A DNA stretch of 64,000 bases, taken from NCBI GenBank assembly GCA_046581505.1, contig JAYGGE010000099.1, positions 11,663 through 75,662 of the forward strand, in the 5' to 3' direction. Position numbers and translations under genes: made by a program. The notes under the pieces were generated by a model. That model made no database searches. It was not told the origin of the DNA and was given only the letters and a program-made list of their open reading frames with translations. How positions within the stretch are numbered: the stretch's first letter is position 1; each line of letters begins with the position of its first letter. Below, piece after piece: positions 27,878-37,713 of this stretch. This DNA is from Verrucomicrobiales bacterium (lineage in GTDB: Bacteria; Verrucomicrobiota; Verrucomicrobiia; Verrucomicrobiales; DEV007).

Positions 27878-29546
27878 TATTGTTTTCACCTGGCTCACGG
27901 GCCTTGTGCCTCTGCAGGGGCAGGAACCGCTGGTCGTCGGCATGGAACTCACCTATCCGCCGTTTGAGTTTGTCAACGAGGACGGCAACCCGGACGGGGT
28001 CAGCGTGCGCATGGCCGAGGCACTGGCGGACTACCTTGATCGGTCCCTGAAAATCGAGAACATCAAGTTTGATACATTGATCACTGCCCTCAAGTCGGGC
28101 AGTATCGACTGTGTCATTTCCTCGATGACGGCCAATGATGAGCGGCGGCAATCGATTGATTTCTCGGATCCCTATGTCACGACAGGCCTGGCGATGCTGG
28201 TAGGCAAGGATTCCGAAATTGAAGGCCTTGAGGATCTAAAGAAACCGGGCAGGACAATCGTTGCCCGGCTTGGCACGACTGGAGAAAATTTTGCGCGGGA
28301 ACACCTGCCGCAAGCGACGGTTATTACCATGCAGGAAGATCCTGCATGTGCCCTTGAGGTTGCCCAGGGCAAGGCTGATGCCTGGATTTATGATCAGCTT
28401 TCCATCTTTCAGCATCACAAGAATCATGCCAGAACGACCCGGGCCCTGTTGAGGCCGCTCAGGGCGGAGCAGTGGGCGGTGGGGTTGCGCAAGCCCAAGG
28501 CCGGTGAGAACAATGAATTGCGTGCTTCGGTGAATGATTTCCTGAGGGAATTCCGTGCATCGGGGGAATTTGAGGCCCTTGCCGAGCGTTACCTGAAGGA
28601 AGAGAGACAACTCGTCAGGGAACTTGGGATCCCCTTTATTTTTGATTCGGTGGTTGCCGTTGCGGGTGACACGAGGGCGGAGAGTGAGAGTTCTCAAAAG
28701 ACAGAGAATGATTGGCTGTTCTTGCTGCTGGTCACCGCATTAATTGTGCTCACTCTCATTACCTTCTGGCGCTTGACCAGGGATGCCAAGACATCGGGTG
28801 GCGGATCCTGGGAGTTGCTTGGTTATGCGTTGCTTTGGCTGCTGGTGAGCGGGTTTTGTTATTTTGTTTTCGCCTCACTCAACGAGACCTACACGTGGAA
28901 CTGGGAAGGGATTTGGCGACGCAGGTGGCAGATCTTCGGTGGCTGGCTGAGGACCATATGGATATCTCTCGTCGCGCTGGTTTTGTGCAGCGGTGTCGGG
29001 ATTGGGCTGGTGGCCGGGTCACGTTCGCGGTTCAGGCCGTTGCGGTTTTTCTGCCGGGCCTATACCGAAATCGTGCGCGGCAGCCCTTTGCTGGTGGTGC
29101 TGCTGGTGGGTTATTACGTGATCGCCCAGGCTTTTCATGTCAATGACCGGGTGCTGGTCGGTGTCATCCTGCTGGCGCTGTTTGCGGGTGCCTACCTCGG
29201 GGAAATCCTGCGCGGGGGGATTGAGAGTGTTGGCAAGACACAGTTTGACTCCGCCCGGGCGGTTGGATTCTCGCGGGTGCAGGTGTTTCGTTATGTGATT
29301 TTCGCCCAGGCGATCCGCCGTGTGCTGCCGGCAGTTGCGGGGCTGTTCATTATCCTGGTGAAGGATTCCTCGCTGCTTTCACAAATTGCCGTTGAGGAGT
29401 TTACCAAGCGCAGCGAAAGCGCGCGCTCGGCGACTTACACCGGGCTTGAAGCCTATCTTCCATTGGCTGTCGGCTACCTGTTGATCACGATTCCGCTCGC
29501 CTACCTCGCGGCACGCCTGGAAAGGAGGTTTTCCTATGAGAGTTAG
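27858..29546 (+). CDS. Amino-acid ABC transporter, fused periplasmic substrate-binding domain and permease
   Basis: The N-terminal ~250 aa are SBP_bac_3-like (VVGMELTYPPFEF..., IDCVISSMTANDERRQSIDFSDPY). The C-terminal ~250 aa are a HisM/GlnP-type permease (YTEIVRGSPLLVVLLVGYY, EEFTKRSES). Confidence 0.8.
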   Translation: MMRILPSIVFTWLTGLVPLQGQEPLVVGMELTYPPFEFVNEDGNPDGVSVRMAEALADYLDRSLKIENIKFDTLITALKSGSIDCVISSMTANDERRQSIDFSDPYVTTGLAMLVGKDSEIEGLEDLKKPGRTIVARLGTTGENFAREHLPQATVITMQEDPACALEVAQGKADAWIYDQLSIFQHHKNHARTTRALLRPLRAEQWAVGLRKPKAGENNELRASVNDFLREFRASGEFEALAERYLKEERQLVRELGIPFIFDSVVAVAGDTRAESESSQKTENDWLFLLLVTALIVLTLITFWRLTRDAKTSGGGSWELLGYALLWLLVSGFCYFVFASLNETYTWNWEGIWRRRWQIFGGWLRTIWISLVALVLCSGVGIGLVAGSRSRFRPLRFFCRAYTEIVRGSPLLVVLLVGYYVIAQAFHVNDRVLVGVILLALFAGAYLGEILRGGIESVGKTQFDSARAVGFSRVQVFRYVIFAQAIRRVLPAVAGLFIILVKDSSLLSQIAVEEFTKRSESARSATYTGLEAYLPLAVGYLLITIPLAYLAARLERRFSYES

Positions 29547-30273
29547 TGCTTCAGGCCTATATAAGCGTTTTGGAGAGACACAGGCCCTTGACGGGATCGA
29601 TTTGGAAATCGCGGGGGATATCTCGGTGCTGGCTCTCATCGGGCCCTCGGGCGGCGGCAAGTCGACACTGCTCAAGGTGCTTGGCGGATTGGAAGTTCCT
29701 GACCGGGGGATGGTCTCGGTCAGCGGCGGGGAGATGGATTTCAGCAGTGAGCTTTCACTCCTTGCTCATCGGCGCCGCAACGGGTTCTTGTTCCAGAGCT
29801 TTAACCTGTTTCCGCACAAGAGTGCCCTCGCCAACATTGCGCTGCCGCTTGAGAAGGTCCATGGGTTGTCGCCGGGTGAGGCCAATGACAGGGCCATTGG
29901 TGCCCTTGAGCGTTTCGAGCTTGTCGAGCATGCCGCGAAGTTCCCCGCGCAGTTATCGGGAGGACAGCAGCAGCGCGTTGCAATTGCGCGCGCAATTGCC
30001 CACGGGCCGGGTCTTTTATTCCTTGATGAACCGACTTCTGCCCTTGATCCCGAGATGACCGCCGAGGTGCTTGACTTGATCGCTGAGTTGAAGGCGGGAG
30101 GACAGGATATCGTCCTCTCAACGCACGAGATGGGCTTCGCCCGCCAGGTTGCTGATGAGGTTGCTTTCCTGGCAGAGGGGAAGATTGCCGAAATCGGGAA
30201 TGCGGCGAGGATATTTGAGAGCGGAGAGGATCCCCGCCTTCGCCAGTTCCTCTCGCGGGTGATGCGCTATTAA
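29536..30273 (+). CDS. Amino-acid ABC transporter ATP-binding protein (GlnQ/HisP-like)
   Basis: Walker A GPSGGGKST, signature LSGGQQQRVAIARA, and Walker B LLFLDEPTSALD. Confidence 0.9.
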   Translation: MRVSASGLYKRFGETQALDGIDLEIAGDISVLALIGPSGGGKSTLLKVLGGLEVPDRGMVSVSGGEMDFSSELSLLAHRRRNGFLFQSFNLFPHKSALANIALPLEKVHGLSPGEANDRAIGALERFELVEHAAKFPAQLSGGQQQRVAIARAIAHGPGLLFLDEPTSALDPEMTAEVLDLIAELKAGGQDIVLSTHEMGFARQVADEVAFLAEGKIAEIGNAARIFESGEDPRLRQFLSRVMRY

Positions 30274-30274
30274 G

Positions 30275-33200
30275 CTACTGACTGATTTCAACCCGCAGCC
30301 GGATTTGGTGTATTGTCGCGCTGGGAAGGGGAGCTGGACACCTGAGAGTTATCCATTGCCGTCCATCCTCTGAGGGAGTCAGTGTGCCAAAGGGGATCGT
30401 GCTTGTAGTCCACGTTACGGAATCACTGGAGATTTCCCCGCTGATTTGCAGGTCATTGGCATTTGCCCGGGCAAGGAAACGAATTGCAAGATACTCATTG
30501 CCGTCGGCATTGACAATCAGGGCTATCATTTCAGGACGATCGTCCGATGTATTGGGATCGGTAGCGAATGCGTATTCCATTAAGTTTTCGATGGCATCGG
30601 AATCCGGGTCGGATCCCGGTGCGGAGATCGATTCAAAATCGGGAGATGCCGGGTCAAAGTTGTTCGTTATCCAGGAGGCATAGCCCGGGGTGCGGATCAT
30701 GCCTCCGGGACTTCCGTCAATTTGCTCGGAGCTCTGCCAGCTTTCGGGCAGCGAATGGTCGGGATTGGTTTCGGGTGCTATCAGGGTGAGTGTAAAGCCT
30801 TTACCCTTGGCAGTGGTTGGCCAGGGCAACTCATCAGAATATGTGAAGCTCTTGATTATCGTGCTGTTGGCGGCAAGCAGGGTAATGCTCTCGCCGTTGT
30901 TGCTGAGCTTGCTGTCATTCCCGAATTCACCGGCGATTTTCTCTTTGATGGCGTTCCCGTAACGGGCAGCCATGGCTTCCGTGTCCTCGACAATCAGCAA
31001 TTCCCCGCCTGGAGCGAGCGTATGCACAGGGCTGTCAAGATCAAAGGTGAAGTCGATGCCCTGTGAAAAACTGGTGCCGACAAGGTCAATGGTTGCGTCA
31101 CTGATATTCTTCAACTCAATGAATTCAAAGTCGGTGCGACCGCCGGCAACTGCCATCTCGGCTAATCCGGATGGCGGGCGGGGCCGATAGTTAAATTCAC
31201 TGACAACGAGATTGGAAGCCGATGCAAGCTGGCCAACAAGGAAGGTGGCCCCGGTGAGTGCCGACCACTCATTGCTCCCCGTTTTGATGGCCCGCGCCTT
31301 TATCAGGCTGCTTTGCTCCAGGGCGAATGCATCGGTATAGAGGATTGCACCCGGGGATGCCCCGCCACCCTCAATTGCGATGGAGGCGGTAAGTTTCGGC
31401 AGGCAAAGCAGGTCGCTGCTGGTGGGGGAGGAGTTGAGTGCTTGGATGGCGAGCATGTTATCGCCTTTCTTCAGTGAGTCCCTGAAGGCTGAAATGTCGA
31501 AATTCTGGGAGATCACTGCCTGGACGTCTGCGTGTATTGCCGTTGCTGCCGAGTTCCATGACACATCAGCGGGGGCATTGGAAGAGCTTGCCACACGGCT
31601 GCCGTTGAGGTAGGCGACGAAGGCATCATCATACTTCATTGACAGTGTAAGTGCATCGAACCCGGAGATATCCACATCCTCATTGATGGTGAACGGGACC
31701 CGTACAAAGACACTGGAAGTGACTGCAGACATTGCGGTGACATCAAGGTTGATGAACGGCTGATAATTGGTCCCGCTGGTCTCGTAACCGATACCGGTTT
31801 TCCCCTGTATCCACTGTTCGGCATTCGCCGGGGCGGCAAGATCAGTCCAGGTCGCTGCTAACCCGGCTCCGCCGTTGGCTTCCGAGGGGATAAGCGCCTC
31901 GGCGCTTACAACTTCGTCAACCAGGATGAGCGACTCGATTGTCGGCGGGAGGTAGGGATCACTGCCATCGGTTGTATAGTAGATATCTGCATCATCGGCA
32001 GTCATGCTGAGCGGGAACCCGGTAGCCACTGCACCGCCGTGCTGGTTGAAAATGGGTGCATTAGTGGCGGGATAGAGTCCACGGGAGCGGAATTGCTCAA
32101 GCACAGTGGCGGTCCGTCCCGGGATAAAGTTATTCCTCACCCAGAATACCTCGCTCAGCCAGGTGTCGTTGCGGGTGAATGCTGTCGACAGGGCAGTGCC
32201 CTCATCTCCCCAGCGGGCGGATTCACCGACCATGGGTGCGCGCAATTCTCCCCACATCGCATCCCAGCGGGAGCGGTTCCGCTCAACCGACATTATCCCG
32301 TCATTGAAAAAATGTTTATGCAACCGGTCGGCGAAGTGGAGTTGAAAGGTCGGGTACGAACGCAGTGCGGTATAGAATTCAACGGGAGATCCCGCGTCAT
32401 TGACAGCGGTAAGGTCAAAATCCGTCACTCTCTGGTCGGGCGGGTTTGCCGGGTTGAGGTTAAACATGAGGTGGATGCCCATTGCCATCTCGGCATCCCA
32501 TGTGAAGAAGCGGAAAGTTCCCTGCTTACCCCGGCTTCTGCGCCCGGCGTACCAGTTCTTGTTGCTGAATACGGTCACATCGGCTCCGGAACGCAGGATT
32601 GGCCCGCACCAGTCGTAATCGGCTGACCACATGCGCACGATGAGATGGTCGATATAGTCATCAAGGTCAATATAATCCTGAATAGCCTGGTATTGGGATG
32701 CGGAGGTGATGCCTTTGGAGGTGATTGCGCGTGCTTCTTCCCAGGCGGCGTTATTTCCATCGACCAGCGTGTAATCTTCACCGAAGAAGGTCGGGTGGTG
32801 CAGGACATCATAGTCTTCCTCGTCGCCCCCGAGATGGGATTCAAAAAAGGCGGCATTGGCGCGTTCGTGGAGGTCATAGACTCCCCAGTAACGGCCGTTG
32901 ATGTAGAGGTGGGTGTAGCGACCGCGTGGTGAGAGGATGCCCATTTCCACCTCGGTCTTGCGCAGGAACTGGTCGCGCATCAGTGTTCCGTGGGGCGGCA
33001 GGTCTTTTTGCTGGTCACGGCCGAAGGTGGCGGCAAGTGACCAGGAATCATGTCCGCCACCACGCAGAACCAACTGGTCAAAGGACTCAACAGGACTTCC
33101 GGCAAACAGGGGATATTCCAGGCGGCGATCTCCATATCCGCCGCGGAAATACAGGCGGAAGGGTTTTTTAGGGTGAGAGCGCGCGTTGCCGCCGTGGATC

Positions 33201-34747
33201 CGGATGCCGGCATCAACCTGGAACTCATCGGAAGGATCGAGCGGGTTGAAGAATTCCATTGAGACAGGGATTTCGGCATCGCGTCCGGATAGATTGTAGT
33301 TGGTGTGAGTTCCATTCGGCCCGAAGAAGGAGGCGTATTCGAGAACCAGGGAGATGACAGGGAGGTTCCCGGAGAGATCCCCCTCGATGGTTGCCGAGTA
33401 TGCCGGGTCATTGACCACATTGTCATCCATGTCAGCCTGATTCTTGATGTCCGAGGCGAACAGGTAGCTTTGTGTGTCAATATTGGTCGGTTTATAACCT
33501 GTCTTGTAGGCTATAGCGCGCAGGATGGTGGTTGAATTGACGGCAATGGGGTCGGTATAAAGGGTTCCTGTCGATGCATCCGGGGCGGAGCCGTCTGTTG
33601 TGTAGCGTATTGCAGCTCCTTCTGTTTCGGTGGTGATGGATACTGAGATCTCGGAGTTGTAGTAGCCTCTTTTTATTGAGAACTGCGTGTCGGAGACAAA
33701 GCCCTCGACACTTTCGCCGTTAAGCGCTCCGGGGGTGGGCAGGGCAAGATATCCTTGTGCGCCGGGTACTGCGGGATCGGCCTTGAATGCCAGTAACTCG
33801 GGAAGTATCAGAAAGTCGGAACTGTCGATACCCCAATTGAGCCCTTGGATGGCAAGGATGTTTTCACCGGCCACAAGGGAGGCAATTCCTGCCGAGGCAC
33901 TGAATTGTTCAGGGATTATCGCCTCGCTGTCGGCATGGAAATTGGCAGATTCAGAATTCCAGGCCGGGGTCAGTGGTCCACGTGAGGATGCAACCAGTTT
34001 GCCGTTGACCCATGCGATGAAGCCATCGTCAAAACGCATATTGAGTTGCAGATCAGCGATGGTTTCCGGATCGGTTATTTCAAAGGGGATTCTCAGGTAG
34101 AGTGTAGCGTTCAGGTTGCTCATTTGTGCCTGGACATTTCCGCTCTGGCTTATATACGGGCCATAACCCGCGTTCAGTTCATAGCCGAACCCGGTGGATC
34201 CCGATGTCCAGCCACTGTCATCAAAATCCGCAGTATTCCAGTCGCTTACGGGGCCGCTTGGAACCAGCCACTTCGCGGATGCCGGATCGGGAACAGCGAC
34301 CTCGGTTGTCGTGGTGATTGATGTCCCGTAGGAGACATCCTCAAATTGTTTCTGGTAATTAAAGTCCTTTGCAACAGTGATTCCATCCGGGGCTACCAAT
34401 GCAAGATATTCACCGTTTGAATTAAGTGAAAAGTTGGTATGCAGTTCTGCCGCCGGGTCATTGAGGTTTTTACCGGAAGCGAAGACAATAAGATAACCTG
34501 CCGCGGGAATGGAAACTTCGGGGAATATCCATTTGGTCAACTCTTGAGCATCGTCAGTAAGGCTCCAGCCGGAAACGTTGACCGGATCCGCTGACGGGTT
34601 GTGAATCTCGATCCAGTCGGAGCTGTCCCCGTCTCTATCGGTAATTCCAGAGCGATTTTCTGCGAGAAACTCAGAAATGGTTAACTGTGCCGTGGCGGAA
34701 AGCGAGAAAGTCAGTGACAGGCCAGTGAACAAAGAAAGCAGGCGCAT
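30275..34747 (-). CDS. Secreted multidomain protein: lamin-tail domains, CotH kinase-like domain, chitobiase/hexosaminidase C-terminal-like modules
   Basis: Signal peptide MRLLSLFTGLSLTFSLSATA. LTD-like segments are ISEFLAEN...DWIEIHNPSADPVNVSGWSLTDD (N-terminal) and VSEFNYRP...FEFIELKNISDATIDLVGTSF (C-terminal). The CotH-like core (about aa 460-890) includes LYINGRYWGVYDLHERANAAFFESHLGG. Fn3_assoc-like segments are IRYTTDGSAPD...LRAIAYK and IYYTTDGSDPY. Confidence 0.8.
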   Translation of the reverse strand: MRLLSLFTGLSLTFSLSATAQLTISEFLAENRSGITDRDGDSSDWIEIHNPSADPVNVSGWSLTDDAQELTKWIFPEVSIPAAGYLIVFASGKNLNDPAAELHTNFSLNSNGEYLALVAPDGITVAKDFNYQKQFEDVSYGTSITTTTEVAVPDPASAKWLVPSGPVSDWNTADFDDSGWTSGSTGFGYELNAGYGPYISQSGNVQAQMSNLNATLYLRIPFEITDPETIADLQLNMRFDDGFIAWVNGKLVASSRGPLTPAWNSESANFHADSEAIIPEQFSASAGIASLVAGENILAIQGLNWGIDSSDFLILPELLAFKADPAVPGAQGYLALPTPGALNGESVEGFVSDTQFSIKRGYYNSEISVSITTETEGAAIRYTTDGSAPDASTGTLYTDPIAVNSTTILRAIAYKTGYKPTNIDTQSYLFASDIKNQADMDDNVVNDPAYSATIEGDLSGNLPVISLVLEYASFFGPNGTHTNYNLSGRDAEIPVSMEFFNPLDPSDEFQVDAGIRIHGGNARSHPKKPFRLYFRGGYGDRRLEYPLFAGSPVESFDQLVLRGGGHDSWSLAATFGRDQQKDLPPHGTLMRDQFLRKTEVEMGILSPRGRYTHLYINGRYWGVYDLHERANAAFFESHLGGDEEDYDVLHHPTFFGEDYTLVDGNNAAWEEARAITSKGITSASQYQAIQDYIDLDDYIDHLIVRMWSADYDWCGPILRSGADVTVFSNKNWYAGRRSRGKQGTFRFFTWDAEMAMGIHLMFNLNPANPPDQRVTDFDLTAVNDAGSPVEFYTALRSYPTFQLHFADRLHKHFFNDGIMSVERNRSRWDAMWGELRAPMVGESARWGDEGTALSTAFTRNDTWLSEVFWVRNNFIPGRTATVLEQFRSRGLYPATNAPIFNQHGGAVATGFPLSMTADDADIYYTTDGSDPYLPPTIESLILVDEVVSAEALIPSEANGGAGLAATWTDLAAPANAEQWIQGKTGIGYETSGTNYQPFINLDVTAMSAVTSSVFVRVPFTINEDVDISGFDALTLSMKYDDAFVAYLNGSRVASSSNAPADVSWNSAATAIHADVQAVISQNFDISAFRDSLKKGDNMLAIQALNSSPTSSDLLCLPKLTASIAIEGGGASPGAILYTDAFALEQSSLIKARAIKTGSNEWSALTGATFLVGQLASASNLVVSEFNYRPRPPSGLAEMAVAGGRTDFEFIELKNISDATIDLVGTSFSQGIDFTFDLDSPVHTLAPGGELLIVEDTEAMAARYGNAIKEKIAGEFGNDSKLSNNGESITLLAANSTIIKSFTYSDELPWPTTAKGKGFTLTLIAPETNPDHSLPESWQSSEQIDGSPGGMIRTPGYASWITNNFDPASPDFESISAPGSDPDSDAIENLMEYAFATDPNTSDDRPEMIALIVNADGNEYLAIRFLARANANDLQISGEISSDSVTWTTSTIPFGTLTPSEDGRQWITLRCPAPLPSATIHQIRLRVEISQ

Positions 34748-34945
34748 GGGGGTTGGGGGATTTGGGGATTTGGGGGATTATTGAGATGTAGATGCACAAT
34801 TTTAAGAACCTTACATCTGTTGCTTCAGTTTCATAGAGAATATACAGTGGGTAAAGCGGTGATAATATAAGCGGCAAGAATATACCGGATAGTCATAAGA
34901 TCGTTGTTTTTATCGGCGCTACAGGCTACTGCTTGCGGAGTAGCA

Positions 34946-36397
34946 ATGAAGCGTTCTGACTTAAAGCGGGAGCAATACGATGCAGTGGTGGTGGGGAGCG
35001 GACCCAACGGCTTGGCTGCCGCGATCCGGTTGGCGCAGTCCGGATACTCGACGCTTGTTGTTGAAGGTGCGGAGTCACCCGGGGGCGGGGCACGAAACTC
35101 TGAACTGACATTACCTGGATTCAGGCATGATATATGCTCAGCCGTGCATCCAATGGCGTTGGCTTCACCGTTTTTCAGCAGCCTGCCACTTTCTGACCAT
35201 GGGTTGGAATGGATCCAACCCGATGTTCCTCTGGCACATCCACTTGATGATGAAGGAGAAGTGGCGATGATGCGAAGCATTGATGATACTGCGGAAATCC
35301 TTGGCAGGGACGGGCGCCGTTACCGGAAAATGTTTTCCGGTTTCGTTGAAGAATCAGAGGATCTTTTCCGGCAGTTGCTCGGGCCGATTAGGATCCCGAG
35401 GAAACCACTGCGCATGGCGCGATTTGGGCGTTATGCAATGCGCCCGGCGTTATCGCTTGCCCTGGCTAAATTCAGCACTGCTGGAGGCCGGGCGTTGTTT
35501 GCCGGGCAAGCTGCGCATTCCGTGATGCCGCTGAATGCCGCGTGTAGTTCTGCCATTGGAATGATGTTGAGTATTGCAGGGCATGCAGTCGGCTGGCCAA
35601 TAGCAAAAGGCGGGTCGGGATCATTAACCGGGGCATTGTGTGATTTCTTTTCCTCATTGGGAGGTGAACTGGTTTTGAATTGGAAGATATCCCGGATTGA
35701 AGAGCTGCCTCAAGCCCGAGCTTATTTGTTTGATACATCACCCGGAACCCTTGCATCAATCACGCGTGATTATCTGCCTGCCTCTTATTTGAGGAGAATA
35801 CGGAAGTTCAGGCATGGTGCCGGAATCTTTAAAATGGACTGGGCTCTTGACGCACCAATACCGTGGAAGTCGGAACTGGCTCGACGGGCCGGTACCGTGC
35901 ATGTTGGAGGTACTCTTGGAGAAATCTCCCATTCTGAAGGCCTGGCTTGTTCAGGACGGGGACATCCTGAACATCCTTTTGTCCTATTGTCTCAGCCGAC
36001 AGTTTTTGATTCTTCACGAGCACCAAAAGGCAAGCATATCGCCTGGGGGTATTGCCATGTTCCAGCTGCTTCATGCCATGATATGACAGAGCAGATTGAA
36101 TCACAGATTGAGAGGTTTGCCCCGGGGTTCAAGGATTGTATCAGTGCACGCTCCATCATGAATTCTGCGGCTTATGAGGACTATAATCCGAACCTTGTTG
36201 GAGGTGACATTACAGGCGGAATGAATCACTGGTCGCAGCTTTTCACCAGGCCTGTGGTGCGGTGGAATCCCTATACGACACCGAGGAGGGATATTTATAT
36301 ATGTTCTGCATCGACACCTCCCGGAGGCGGCGTACACGGCATGTGCGGTTTCTGGGCTGCGCAGGCAGCTATAGACAGATTGTCAGCAAGTCAATGA
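34946..36397 (+). CDS. NAD(P)/FAD-dependent oxidoreductase, phytoene desaturase (CrtI-like) family
   Basis: Dinucleotide-binding motif YDAVVVGSGPNGLAAAIRLAQSGYSTLVVEGAESPGGGARN. About 480 aa. ATG 34946 is preferred over the track start 34904. Confidence 0.75.
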   Translation: MKRSDLKREQYDAVVVGSGPNGLAAAIRLAQSGYSTLVVEGAESPGGGARNSELTLPGFRHDICSAVHPMALASPFFSSLPLSDHGLEWIQPDVPLAHPLDDEGEVAMMRSIDDTAEILGRDGRRYRKMFSGFVEESEDLFRQLLGPIRIPRKPLRMARFGRYAMRPALSLALAKFSTAGGRALFAGQAAHSVMPLNAACSSAIGMMLSIAGHAVGWPIAKGGSGSLTGALCDFFSSLGGELVLNWKISRIEELPQARAYLFDTSPGTLASITRDYLPASYLRRIRKFRHGAGIFKMDWALDAPIPWKSELARRAGTVHVGGTLGEISHSEGLACSGRGHPEHPFVLLSQPTVFDSSRAPKGKHIAWGYCHVPAASCHDMTEQIESQIERFAPGFKDCISARSIMNSAAYEDYNPNLVGGDITGGMNHWSQLFTRPVVRWNPYTTPRRDIYICSASTPPGGGVHGMCGFWAAQAAIDRLSASQ

Positions 36398-36425
36398 AGC
36401 CAATTCGATTGGCTGGGGCGATCAT

Positions 36426-37322
36426 CTAGAAATTAGCACCGAGAGTCACTTCAATACGTTTTTTCTTGGGAACCAATCCCTGCGCGGGGCGTGGTCCGGG
36501 ATCTTCCTTTTTCTGCAGTGCCCGGCGGAGTTTCTTGAGGGCTATGTTCTGGAGCTGACGGATACGTTCACGGGTAACACCGAATTCCTGGCCGACTTCT
36601 TCAAGTGTTTTTGGTTTTTGTCCCTCGAGACCAAACCGGGCGTCAATGATCTTGCGCTCCCGGTTATCAAGCACCTCAAGGAGAGTGTCGAGCTGGCCAT
36701 GCATATTTTTGTGGCTGAGCAGCTCGAAGGGGGTCTGGGCACTGTTGTCACCGACGATTTCACCGAATTCGGTATTGTCATCCTCACTGATAGGCGCATC
36801 AAGCGAGGCGGGACGAAGGGATGCCGCCTTTAGTTGGGCGAGTTTCCCGCGATCAATGCCGATTTCCTCTGAGAGTTCATCATCGCTGGGATCACGACCC
36901 AGTTCCTCGCTGAGAACCATCGCGACACGGCGCATCTTGGAGATTTTGTCGACCATGTGGACAGGCAGGCGGATGGTCTTGGATTGGTTGGCGAGAGCAC
37001 GTTTAATGGATTGTTTGATCCACCATGCGGCATAGGTTGAAAGTTTACCGCCTTTGTTTGGGTCGAAACGTTCAACTGCCTTCATGAGGCCGATGTTGCC
37101 TTCTGAGATCAGGTCGAGAAGTGGCAGGCCATAGTTCGCGTAATCCTGCGCGATTTTCACCACCAGGCGCAGGTTCGCCTGAATCATGTGCGAGCGGGCT
37201 TCCTTGTCACCCTTCTTGATTCTGTCGGCGAGTTCGATTTCCTCTTGTGGAGTGAGTAACGCGGTTTTGCCAATTTCCCGAAGGTAAATCTTGATTCCGC
37301 CGTCTAGTTCTAGGTTGGCCAT
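36426..37322 (-). CDS. rpoD: RNA polymerase sigma-70 factor, RpoD/SigA-like (no region 1.1)
   Basis: Region 1.2 (IKIYLREIGKTALLT), region 2 (NLRLVVKIAQDY...EGNIGLMKAVERFD...STYAAWWIKQSI), region 3, and region 4.2 (LEEVGQEFGVTRERIRQLQNIALKKLR). A basic C-terminal tail of about 30 aa follows. Confidence 0.9.
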   Translation of the reverse strand: MANLELDGGIKIYLREIGKTALLTPQEEIELADRIKKGDKEARSHMIQANLRLVVKIAQDYANYGLPLLDLISEGNIGLMKAVERFDPNKGGKLSTYAAWWIKQSIKRALANQSKTIRLPVHMVDKISKMRRVAMVLSEELGRDPSDDELSEEIGIDRGKLAQLKAASLRPASLDAPISEDDNTEFGEIVGDNSAQTPFELLSHKNMHGQLDTLLEVLDNRERKIIDARFGLEGQKPKTLEEVGQEFGVTRERIRQLQNIALKKLRRALQKKEDPGPRPAQGLVPKKKRIEVTLGANF

Positions 37323-37713
37323 AATGGGTTTTAATTAATACTGGATTTTTGGGAAGAGGATTAGTGCAGATTTTTTTGTTTAGGTCAAGTAATACCGTGG
37401 GTTTGAACTTGTTACATCTTGGGTAAGTGGAAGCCTCTGTTTTTCTTCTTAGACGTATTAAAACTCCCGGAAGTCACTAATTGTGACGTCGAGATGTTGA
37501 GAATTGTTCAATTTTATCAGCCGGGAAGGAAGAATCATTAAACATCAAATTTACCTTAATAATTAACAATTACCAAATATCAATTGGACATAGCAAGATT
37601 TTTGACTATTAATCTTGCAATACTGTTCACTTGAACATCATTATTCATGGTTCAATCATCTCTAATCCAAGGATTTTTGGGGTTGCAGGGTTTGTAAGAT
37701 TTTTTCAGATGCC

